DNA from: an uncultured Gammaproteobacteria bacterium
GTDB lineage: Bacteria > Pseudomonadota > Gammaproteobacteria > Magnimaribacterales > TMED112
Assembly (NCBI GenBank): GCA_964342225.1
Contig: CAYFES010000002.1
Span: 1-31,027, forward strand
Reading direction: 5' to 3'
Length of the DNA stretch: 31,027 bases
The translations under genes and the position numbers were made by a program. The stretch's first letter is position 1; each line of letters starts with the position of its first letter. The notes beneath the pieces were generated by a model. The model was not told the DNA's origin. It made no database searches and worked only from the letters and a program-made list of their open reading frames with translations. This document shows, piece after piece, positions 8,928-17,014 of this stretch.

Positions 8928-9407
8928 ATGGAAATATCATTTATTGGCTGGATACACACTATTTTAGGCACCTTAGCTATTTTGATAGCAATTTTTATAA
9001 TCGCAACACAGGGTTTTATTACTGTGAAAAATTCATTGGGTAAATTTTATTTAATTGCAACAGCCATAACTGCTGCTACTGCACTGATGCTATATAAAAA
9101 TGGTGGTTTTAATCTTGCTCATCTTTTAGCAGTTTTTACTTTAATTGCAATTTTTCTAGGTTTGGCTTCAGAAAAATACAATATTCTTGGCATTTCAAAA
9201 TACCTTCAAGCAATGTCATATACAGGAAGTGTCTTGTTCCATCTGATACCGGGAATTGCAGAAGTAAATAAAAGATTGCCTTTAGATAGCCCTATGGGCC
9301 TTTCGGTTGATGATCCTATCAATATTCGTTATTACCTTATTTTTACCTTAATTTGCGGAATTACAGTTTTGGCTCAATGGGTATATATTTGGAAGAAAAA
9401 AGTTTAG
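8928..9407 (+). CDS. Integral membrane protein, DUF2306-like
   Basis: About 5 hydrophobic segments; conserved-looking His residues (GWIHT, LAHLL, FHLIPG); AGGA SD. The family assignment is by recall only. Confidence 0.6.
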   Translation: MEISFIGWIHTILGTLAILIAIFIIATQGFITVKNSLGKFYLIATAITAATALMLYKNGGFNLAHLLAVFTLIAIFLGLASEKYNILGISKYLQAMSYTGSVLFHLIPGIAEVNKRLPLDSPMGLSVDDPINIRYYLIFTLICGITVLAQWVYIWKKKV

Positions 9408-9814
9408 CTATTCTGCTTTTTCCACATTGAATGTAAAAGATAGAACCAAAAACCATTAAGTATTGGTTCAATAATGGCATCTACAGCAGCTTCATTAAAA
9501 GAAACATCAAAAATAAAAGATGCCCATAAAGTTGCAATACAAAAATGCCCCAGCGTATAAATAGACGTCAAAGTTAAGGTGTTTAAGGCATTTTTTGCGA
9601 TTCTATGAAGAAAATAGAACCAAAAACCATTGATTATTGGCTCAATAATGGCATCTGCAGCAGCCAAAGAAAAAGATGCATCAAAAATTAAAGTTGCACA
9701 GGCCCAGGCAATAATGATGTGGCCTATTGTATAGACGACAGCTAAACCTAAACTGCCAATTTCTTTTATTTGAGTATCGACTTGTTTCTTTACCGAAAGG
9801 ATTAATTCAGTCAT
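9404..9814 (-). CDS. Small membrane protein made of two tandem DUF2061-like repeats
   Basis: Two copies of YTxGH...A..DAIIEPIxNGFWFYxLH, 58 codons apart. Confidence 0.8.
   Translation of the reverse strand: MTELILSVKKQVDTQIKEIGSLGLAVVYTIGHIIIAWACATLIFDASFSLAAADAIIEPIINGFWFYFLHRIAKNALNTLTLTSIYTLGHFCIATLWASFIFDVSFNEAAVDAIIEPILNGFWFYLLHSMWKKQNS
9441..9664. repeat. Intragenic direct repeat, cores at 9441-9490 and 9615-9664
   Basis: 46 of 50 nt identical by hand alignment; offset 174 nt, in frame. Confidence 0.9.
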
Positions 9815-9818
9815 TAGG

Positions 9819-10562
9819 TTAATTGTATTGTTTTTTGTGCTCTAAGTATGCTTCCCAAGCAATCTTTTGTAGGAAATTCAAATCTTCTTTAGAAATTTGA
9901 TTTAAGTAATTATATTCTAGACCTTCAGGAGAAGAGCCAGTAATAACAGCAAATACAACACAAGACCCTAAGTAAGTTCCAAGCAATCCCGGGTGAGTTC
10001 CATCTGGATGATGTAGCTTTATGTTAGGCCTCTCTTTATAAGCCATTTCATAAGCTGTTCCTACAGGAATAACTGCAGATTTACTTTTTTTGCCAGCATC
10101 ATAATAGGCTAGTTCAATTTTTTTGATTAAGTTTGGCTCGTATCTAGGATCATTATCAAGATATGCATGCGTCATATATAAAGCTGTTTTTATACCTAAT
10201 TTTTGAGCTTTTCTGCTGTAATCTATAGCAGTCTTTGAAAATTTAGACCTTAATTCCAAAGTAGTAACCTCTTTACTACCGCCCTGCATTATTAATAAAT
10301 CTATCTGTCGATCTAGTTGTAAATTATTGTAATCAAGCAGATGGTCAATATTATGATTATGCAATCTAGAACCTCCGATTGTCGCTGATTTAGTGATAAT
10401 GTTTTGATCTTCATAATGTTCAATTAGCATTCTTTCAACGTGATTGTGTACGCTATCGTTGTAATAGAGATAACTATTACCAATAAATAAAATTCTTTTT
10501 GGATATTCAGCAAGCAATAAGTTTGATAACAAAACAATTAAAAAAACTTTTAAAAATTTCAT
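9819..10562 (-). CDS. Secreted SGNH/GDSL-type hydrolase (DUF4886-like)
   Basis: Signal peptide, block I ILFIGNSY and block V DGTHP (DxxH). Confidence 0.8.
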   Translation of the reverse strand: MKFLKVFLIVLLSNLLLAEYPKRILFIGNSYLYYNDSVHNHVERMLIEHYEDQNIITKSATIGGSRLHNHNIDHLLDYNNLQLDRQIDLLIMQGGSKEVTTLELRSKFSKTAIDYSRKAQKLGIKTALYMTHAYLDNDPRYEPNLIKKIELAYYDAGKKSKSAVIPVGTAYEMAYKERPNIKLHHPDGTHPGLLGTYLGSCVVFAVITGSSPEGLEYNYLNQISKEDLNFLQKIAWEAYLEHKKQYN

Positions 10563-10981
10563 TTTTTTATGTCCTTATGCATAGCAGTAAATACAATTTT
10601 AGAAATCAGATTCCCTTTTTCATCTTCTATTTTTACATTCCACACAGATGTACTTTTTCCTATATGATTTGGCGAAGCAATTGCATATACAAAACCTTCA
10701 GTAATGCTTTTTATATGGTTTGCTGTCAGGCTTAACCCTACAACTGTTTTTTTGCTTGGATCTACAGTTAGATATGCCGCACAACTAGCAGTACTTTCTG
10801 CTATAACGCATGAAGCTCCACCATGGAGAAGACCTAAAGGCTGACGAGTTTTTTCGTTTACAGGCATTTTTGCTTTTAAATAATTATCTCCAAGCTCAAC
10901 AAATTCTATTTCTAGATGTTTGTCTATATTTATGGATGAACGAAAATTTTCTATTTTGTAGTCTTTAAACCATACACTCAT
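10559..10981 (-). CDS. Hotdog-fold acyl-CoA thioesterase (PaaI/MenI-YdiI type)
   Basis: MPVNEKTRQPLGLLHGGASCVIAE, LTANHIK and VWNVKIEDE motifs. Confidence 0.9.
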   Translation of the reverse strand: MSVWFKDYKIENFRSSINIDKHLEIEFVELGDNYLKAKMPVNEKTRQPLGLLHGGASCVIAESTASCAAYLTVDPSKKTVVGLSLTANHIKSITEGFVYAIASPNHIGKSTSVWNVKIEDEKGNLISKIVFTAMHKDIKK

Positions 10982-11084
10982 ACAGGCATTATATATAAAT
11001 AAGAAATATAAACATTCCTATCAAAATAAGCTAAATAGCTAATAAAAAATTAATTTTTTTCTATTTTCTATCAAAAAAACTTAC

Positions 11085-11098
11085 AAATAGGCTATTTT
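11085..11098. promoter_or_regulatory. Palindromic site AAATAG-G-CTATTT (copy 1), candidate operator
   Basis: 14 nt identical to 29838-29851; both copies are intergenic. Confidence 0.35.
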
Positions 11099-11150
11099 TA
11101 CAAAAAAAATATGATTATTGTTTAAAAAAGACATAAAATATATTTAAGTT

Positions 11151-11223
11151 AATTGTCGCTGCCTAGATCAGAATGTCTGGCCCAACTTCCATTCTGCAAT
11201 ACAACTAGGTAGCGATTTTTTTT
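11151..11223 (+). ncRNA. Candidate small structured RNA or terminator-like element (family not recognised)
   Basis: 11-bp outer stem (11156-11166 with 11205-11215, one G-U), 7-bp perfect inner stem (11169-11175 with 11190-11196), 14-nt loop, then T8; GC-rich within AT-rich DNA. Confidence 0.45.
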
Positions 11224-12554
11224 CTTAGAGCTATCTGTTCTTTTGTAAAATTCAACATTGAATTTGAATCTTGTTGCTGGATATCAACGCATAGATTTTT
11301 ATATTTTTTCTCAACAGGAAGCCAAGTTTCACTATTGCTGAAACCAAAATTTTTAGATTTAGAATGCCAAGGCATAGGAACACGACAACCATCTCTACCT
11401 TTAAATTTTGGCCAAAAATTCTTCCCAAATGGATCTTGGATATGTTCATATTCAACTTCAGATTCTGAAAGCCCAAGCTCCTCACCTTGATAGATGCAGA
11501 CATTACCTCTCAGTTTTAGCAGTTTTTTCATAATTGTTTTAGGGTCTTGATTGATTCTAGAAGCAATCCGTTTTGAATCATGGTTGCTAAAAGCCCAACA
11601 AGGCCATGATTCAGGATGATTATTAAAGAAGCCTTCAACAACATTTTCTATATCTCCAAAATTAATGTCCTCTGCTAGAAACTCAAAACAATATGCCATA
11701 TGAAGTCTTTTTTCATTGGTATACTTCCCAATAGTTTCAAGAGGGTTTTCAGAAACAATTTCTCCAACAGATATAGCATTATATTTATCAAGAATCTCTC
11801 TGATTTTTTCTAGATAAGGTATAACCTCAGGCCTAGTGTTGTCATATTCATGAATTTGTAAACCATATGGATTATCTTTATTGAAACCAAGAGGGCGAAC
11901 TAATTTAGGATCTTTACCAGGATTATTCCTTAACTCTTTATCGTGAAATAAAAAATTGATGACATCAAACCTGAAACCATCAACACCAAATTTAAGCCAA
12001 TATTCAATCTCATCTAGCATCTGACTCTGAACCTCTTCATTATGAAAATTTAAATCAGGTTGAGACTTAAGAAAATTATGTAAATAGTATTGCTCTCTTT
12101 CTTTACACCATTCCCATGAGCTTCCACCAAATACTGATAACCAGTTATTGGGCGCTACATCAGGTTTGCCGTCTTGCCAAACATACCAGTCTGAAAACTT
12201 GTTGGCTTTAGATTTCTTACTCTTCTTAAACCATTCATGCTCATCAGAAGTATGACTCAACACTAGGTCTGTAATGACTTTCAGGCCTTTATTGTGAAAG
12301 ATATCTAATAATTTTTTGAAATCATCATTTGAACCAAAGAGAGCATCTACTTTTCTGTAATCAGAAACATCATACCCAAAATCTTTTTGTGGTGATTTGA
12401 AGAAGGGAGATACCCAAACATAGTCAACACCAAGCTCAGCAATGTAATCAATCTTCTCAGTAATTCCATTCAAATCACCAACACCATTCCGAGATGTGTC
12501 TAAAAAACTTCTTGGATATATTTGATAGATAGTTTTATTTTTCCAATCTTCCAT
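11205..12554 (-). CDS. GH13 alpha-glucosidase (oligo-1,6-glucosidase-like), lacking C-terminal domain C
   Basis: YQIYPRSF, DFGYDVSDY, DLVLSHTSDEH, catalytic GFRFDV / GE / NHD, YQGEELG and RDGCRVPMPW. Confidence 0.93.
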   Translation of the reverse strand: MEDWKNKTIYQIYPRSFLDTSRNGVGDLNGITEKIDYIAELGVDYVWVSPFFKSPQKDFGYDVSDYRKVDALFGSNDDFKKLLDIFHNKGLKVITDLVLSHTSDEHEWFKKSKKSKANKFSDWYVWQDGKPDVAPNNWLSVFGGSSWEWCKEREQYYLHNFLKSQPDLNFHNEEVQSQMLDEIEYWLKFGVDGFRFDVINFLFHDKELRNNPGKDPKLVRPLGFNKDNPYGLQIHEYDNTRPEVIPYLEKIREILDKYNAISVGEIVSENPLETIGKYTNEKRLHMAYCFEFLAEDINFGDIENVVEGFFNNHPESWPCWAFSNHDSKRIASRINQDPKTIMKKLLKLRGNVCIYQGEELGLSESEVEYEHIQDPFGKNFWPKFKGRDGCRVPMPWHSKSKNFGFSNSETWLPVEKKYKNLCVDIQQQDSNSMLNFTKEQIALRKKIAT

Positions 12555-12572
12555 AATTAAGTTTACTGAGTA

Positions 12573-12600
12573 TTGCCTTTATCAATTATAGGTATACATT
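12573..12600 (+). promoter_or_regulatory. Sigma70-type promoter, probably leaderless, for the sugar symporter
   Basis: TTGCCT-16 bp-TACATT, then 6 nt to the ATG at 12607; no SD. Confidence 0.55.
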
Positions 12601-12606
12601 AATTAT

Positions 12607-14211
12607 ATGAATAGTTTGGATTACCTAATTGTAGGTTTGTATGCTGTAGGTTTAATTGCTATAGCCACTTATGTCTCTATGACAAAAAAGGGTGAGAAGA
12701 AAACAGCCGAGGACTATTTTTTAGCAGGAAGATCATTGCCTTGGTGGGCTATAGGAGCCTCTCTCATAGCAGCAAACATATCTTCAGATCAGCTCATAGG
12801 TATGAATGGAGATGCTTATGCATTTGGTATAGCAATTGCAACGTATGAATGGACAGCAGCAGTAGCATTAATTGTTATAGGTAAATTTTTATTGCCAGTC
12901 TATTTAAAGCAACAAGTTTTTACTATGCCTCAGCTATTACTGCAACGTTTTGATAAAAGAGTTAGTACTATGCTGGCAGTTTTGATGCTCATTATGTACG
13001 TAATGGTAATTTTGCCAGTAGTGTTATGGATGGGAGCTAAAGCTATAAATAATCTTACAGGGTTAGATTTAATTCTTTCAATGATTCTTTTGGGCGGATT
13101 ATCTCTTGCTTATTCCTTATATGGAGGGCTTAAATCTGTGGCTATGACAGATATTATCCAAGTTGCTTTATTGGTTTTTTCTGGTCTGTATGTTTCTTAT
13201 CTTGGCTTAAATGCGATTTCTGATGGGAATGGAGTTATTGAAGGATTCATGATGCTTCAAAGCGAATTTTCGGGAAAGTTTGATGCCATTTTATCGTATA
13301 CACCAAAGGCAGAAGATCCAGAAGCTTATGCAAATTATGTAAAGCTGCCTGGTATTTGGGTGTTAATTGGAGGTCTTTGGATCGGACATTTTTATTATTG
13401 GGGCACTAATCAATATATTACGCAAAGAGCTCTTGGTGCAAAAAGTTTAAATGAAGCTCAGAACGGATTGATGTTTGCTGGAGTACTTAAAATTTTTATG
13501 CCAATAGTTGTTGTTTTGCCAGGATTAATTGCTGTAGCGCTTGAAAGCAGCTCTAGTATTCCTTCTTTAGAAGGCGACAGAACCAACGCTTATCCTTCCA
13601 TGTTGTCATTACTACCACACGGAATGCTAGGCCTTGCATTTGCTGCTTTGATTGCTGCAATTGTTTCTTCTTTAGCATCATTGTCAAATAGTGTCAGCAC
13701 AATATTTACCATGGATATCTACAGAAAAGATCAAGACATCAATGACCCAAGCTTAGTAAATATTGGAAGAATAGCTGGATTAACAGGTTTAGTTATTTCT
13801 ATTGTTGTGGCTCCAATATTTCTTGGTAGCCTGCCTTCAGCTTTTCAATATGTTCAAGAATATATGGGACTTTTTAGTCCGGTGATATTGTTTGTATTCT
13901 TATCAGCAATTTTTATCAGAACTTCTAACTCAAGATCTGTTTTAATTGGCTCGGTTGCGGCACTTATTGCAGGCGTGGCCATGAAATTATATGTACTCAA
14001 TGTCGAAGAAGCATTAATAGAGCCTTTCATGCATCAGATGATGGTGTCATTTGGAATAGCTTTTATATTTAGTTATCTATTTTCTGGATCAGAGACTAAC
14101 CAAAAAGTTTTCCAATTCTCAAATGAAGATTTTAGAACTTCAACGTTATTCAATGCAGGATCAGTATTTATTATTGCTATGCTTGTGTTTATTTATACAA
14201 CTTACTTTTAA
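12607..14211 (+). CDS. Sodium:solute (sugar) symporter, vSGLT-like
   Basis: DYFLAGRSLPWWAIGASLIAANIS, YGGLKSVAMTDIIQ, WGTNQYITQRAL and AAIVSSLAS; divergent from the alpha-glucosidase. Confidence 0.93.
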   Translation: MNSLDYLIVGLYAVGLIAIATYVSMTKKGEKKTAEDYFLAGRSLPWWAIGASLIAANISSDQLIGMNGDAYAFGIAIATYEWTAAVALIVIGKFLLPVYLKQQVFTMPQLLLQRFDKRVSTMLAVLMLIMYVMVILPVVLWMGAKAINNLTGLDLILSMILLGGLSLAYSLYGGLKSVAMTDIIQVALLVFSGLYVSYLGLNAISDGNGVIEGFMMLQSEFSGKFDAILSYTPKAEDPEAYANYVKLPGIWVLIGGLWIGHFYYWGTNQYITQRALGAKSLNEAQNGLMFAGVLKIFMPIVVVLPGLIAVALESSSSIPSLEGDRTNAYPSMLSLLPHGMLGLAFAALIAAIVSSLASLSNSVSTIFTMDIYRKDQDINDPSLVNIGRIAGLTGLVISIVVAPIFLGSLPSAFQYVQEYMGLFSPVILFVFLSAIFIRTSNSRSVLIGSVAALIAGVAMKLYVLNVEEALIEPFMHQMMVSFGIAFIFSYLFSGSETNQKVFQFSNEDFRTSTLFNAGSVFIIAMLVFIYTTYF

Positions 14212-14687
14212 AATTTAAGCTCTTTATCTGATATTAAGATTCCATTTTGATCACAATAAGCCCAATTATTTGGTTTTATTGAAAGATTTCCAAAATTTAA
14301 GGTCTCCGATCTGCTGCCTCTACCTTTCTTTTCACTTCTTTTTGGTGAGCTCGCTAAAGCCATAATCCCTATATTTAGATTTGATAGAATTTCGACATCT
14401 CTAACACAACCATTTACCACTATTCCAGACCAATTATTATCTATTGCTTTGCCAGCTAACATGTCGCCAAGAAGGGCGCATTTTATTGAACCAGCACCAT
14501 CAATAAAAAGCAATCTATTGTTGCCATCTTCTTCTAATATCTCTTTTACATAAGAATTATCATCAGGACAAACTGCTGTCTCAATTTGTCCGTAGAAAGA
14601 TTTAATATTTCCATAGTGTTGGAATGAAAGTTCAATGACTTTTGCATCATCATTTTGGTCAGATAAATCAGGAGTTGTTAACTTCAT
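14208..14687 (-). CDS. rraA: RraA-family protein (ribonuclease E activity regulator / HMG aldolase-like)
   Basis: TPDLSD, DDNSYVKEIL, IDGAGS..ALLGD and NGCVRD. Confidence 0.88.
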   Translation of the reverse strand: MKLTTPDLSDQNDDAKVIELSFQHYGNIKSFYGQIETAVCPDDNSYVKEILEEDGNNRLLFIDGAGSIKCALLGDMLAGKAIDNNWSGIVVNGCVRDVEILSNLNIGIMALASSPKRSEKKGRGSRSETLNFGNLSIKPNNWAYCDQNGILISDKELKF

Positions 14688-14722
14688 ATAAGTATTTTAC
14701 ATCAGCAACTAAATAATTCATT

Positions 14723-15682
14723 ATGAGAAACAAGATGCAGAAATTTCTAATCACATTAATTATATTTTTTTCGTCAATTTTATTTTCTAGCTCCAAACCA
14801 GTAGCAATAGTTGTTCATGGCGGAGCAGGTTGGTTTGAAAATATGCCAGAAGGCCAAGTTGAAGGGATTATGAAGGGTTTAGAAGGCTCAATGAATACGG
14901 GGTATGAGATTCTTATTAGTGGTGGATCAAGTTTAGATGCTGTTGAACAAGCAATAATACTGCTTGAGAATGATCCACTCTTTAATGCGGGCAAAGGAGC
15001 AGTTTATACGTCTGAACTTAGACAAGAGCTCGATGCTTCAATCATGCATGGACTCAATAATAATGCTGGAGCTGTAGCCTCTGTAACTAATGTTAAAAAT
15101 CCTATTTCTTTAGCGCGCTATGTTATGGAAAACACAGATCATGTAATGTTCTCATCAAGAGGAGCTGAAAGAGTGGCTAAAGATGCTGGTTTAGATATTG
15201 TTTATCCCAGTTATTTCTATCAAAAAGATAGATTAGAAGACGCTAAAAGAATAAAAAAAGAAAAGAACAAAATGGGTACAGTTGGAGTGGTAGCAATAGA
15301 TATGGAAGGCAACATTGCTGCCGGAACTTCCACAGGAGGAATGACTAACAAGATGCCTGGTAGAATTGGAGATTCTCCTATTATTGGAGCAGGCACCTGG
15401 GCTGAAAATAATGTTTGCGGTGTCTCTGCAACAGGACATGGAGAATTCTTTATCAGATTTAATGTGGCAAATGAAATATGCGATCTAATTAAATATCAAT
15501 CTAAAGATGTAGATGAAGCAGCTGAAATAGTTATTGAAAAACTAAGATCTATTGGAGCGGATGGAGGAGTTATAGTGCTTGATTCTGAGGGCAATGTAGC
15601 AATGACTTTCAATACGCCAGCCATGGCAAGAGCTTATAAAAATTCTAAAGGCGAACAGCTAGTAAAAATATATAGAGATTGA
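14723..15682 (+). CDS. iaaA: Isoaspartyl peptidase / L-asparaginase (type 2 Ntn hydrolase), probably exported; alternative start at 14735
   Basis: IVVHGGAG, LENDPLFNAGKG, ELDASIM, catalytic GTVG, TSTGG, GRIGDSP and TGHGE; hydrophobic N-terminus. Confidence 0.92.
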   Translation: MRNKMQKFLITLIIFFSSILFSSSKPVAIVVHGGAGWFENMPEGQVEGIMKGLEGSMNTGYEILISGGSSLDAVEQAIILLENDPLFNAGKGAVYTSELRQELDASIMHGLNNNAGAVASVTNVKNPISLARYVMENTDHVMFSSRGAERVAKDAGLDIVYPSYFYQKDRLEDAKRIKKEKNKMGTVGVVAIDMEGNIAAGTSTGGMTNKMPGRIGDSPIIGAGTWAENNVCGVSATGHGEFFIRFNVANEICDLIKYQSKDVDEAAEIVIEKLRSIGADGGVIVLDSEGNVAMTFNTPAMARAYKNSKGEQLVKIYRD

Positions 15683-15918
15683 AAACCTTTCTTGAGCAAC
15701 ACTTATTAAATCTTGATCTACATGGTGTCAGACATCATGAGGTAAAAATTATGGTCGAAGATTTCGTGCTAAACAATCAAGAACAATTACCTCTAGTAAT
15801 AATATGCGGCAATTCATCAAAGATGATTGAGTTAGTAACAGAAACTCTATCAGGCATTAATGTAAATTTTGAAGAAACAAGATACGGTAGAATAAGAGTG
15901 AATTCATTAGATGCGTAA
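15679..15918 (+). CDS. Stand-alone minimal Smr-like domain protein
   Basis: LDLHG motif followed by a helix and IICGNS; TTG start overlaps the iaaA stop and the stop overlaps the next ATG. Confidence 0.65.
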   Translation: MKTFLEQHLLNLDLHGVRHHEVKIMVEDFVLNNQEQLPLVIICGNSSKMIELVTETLSGINVNFEETRYGRIRVNSLDA

Positions 15919-17014
15919 ACTTAAAATAATTCAGATTCTTCCCACATTAAATACGGGCGGCGTTGAAAGAGGGGTTCTAGATTTTAATAAATATCTTGTA
16001 GGTAAAGGTCATCAATCATATGTAATTTCTAATGGTGGTAGGCAGGTAAAAAATTTAATTGATGATGGAGGAAAGCACATACATCTTCAAATAGCAGAAA
16101 AAAGTTTATTTACTCTTTTCCAGGCAAAAAAACTTGCTGATGTAATCAATGAAATATCTCCTGATGTTATTCATATCAGATCAAGAGTACCAGCTTGGGT
16201 TTTACAGCTCTCTAAACTCTTTATCAAAAATCCAAGACCTTTAATATTCTCAACTTTTCATGGCCTTTATAGCACGCCATTCTATAGCAGAATAATGGCT
16301 AGTTTTGACAGAGTTATAGCTATATCTAAGACAGTTGAACAATATATTTATGACAATTACGAAAGACATCTAAAAAAGCCTCCTATGCTTATTTACAGGG
16401 GATCTGATGAATCTTATTTTTCGTCTAAGTTTGAGCCTAAACAGGAATATTTAGATAATTTTTATAAAAATTTACCTGATCTAATGGACAAGAAAATTGT
16501 GGTGTTTCCTGGAAGACTTTCATCATGGAAAGGACAAGAATCTTTCATTAAATTGATCTCCGAATTGCCTGATAATTTTTCTGGTTTAATTGTTGGCCCT
16601 TATAAGAATGCAAAGAAAAAATATTTTAATCGCTTAAACAGATTGATTGAGAACTACAACATCAGAAATAGAGTTTTTTTCTATGATGCGAAAGACGATA
16701 TTAGAGAGATTTATTATTTATCTGATTTAGTGATAAATCTTTCAACTACACCTGAGCCATTTGGACGCACTATTCTTGAAGCAGCAATGATGGGCAAAAA
16801 AATTATTGGTTGGGATAGAGGCGGTGTAGGGGAAGTTTTAGAAATGTTCTACCCACAGGGCAAAGTTGAATTTGGAAACTTTAAATCTTTAGCCGAAACT
16901 GTTAAAAATTTATCTATTTCAGATGAAAAACCTTCAAATGTATTTCTTACATCTGACCTAATGCACTCCAAAACAGTTTCATTTTATTTAGATGCTCTAG
17001 AAAATAAATCTTGA
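15911..17014 (+). CDS. GT4 glycosyltransferase, LPS/LOS core type (GtrOC2-like)
   Basis: QILPxLNTGGVERG, HIRSRVPAW, PGRLSSWKG and PEPFGRTILEA (Ex7E). Confidence 0.88.
   Translation: MRKLKIIQILPTLNTGGVERGVLDFNKYLVGKGHQSYVISNGGRQVKNLIDDGGKHIHLQIAEKSLFTLFQAKKLADVINEISPDVIHIRSRVPAWVLQLSKLFIKNPRPLIFSTFHGLYSTPFYSRIMASFDRVIAISKTVEQYIYDNYERHLKKPPMLIYRGSDESYFSSKFEPKQEYLDNFYKNLPDLMDKKIVVFPGRLSSWKGQESFIKLISELPDNFSGLIVGPYKNAKKKYFNRLNRLIENYNIRNRVFFYDAKDDIREIYYLSDLVINLSTTPEPFGRTILEAAMMGKKIIGWDRGGVGEVLEMFYPQGKVEFGNFKSLAETVKNLSISDEKPSNVFLTSDLMHSKTVSFYLDALENKS

Noticed and set aside
11044-11059. AAAAAATTAATTTTTT palindrome
   Set aside because: A/T-only sequence expected by chance in this composition.
11160-11207. 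Stop-codon read-through (pyrrolysine/SECIS-like) at the glucosidase TAG beside a hairpin
   Set aside because: Read-through adds only 13 codons before another TAG and does not restore domain C; the hairpin folds better on the opposite strand.
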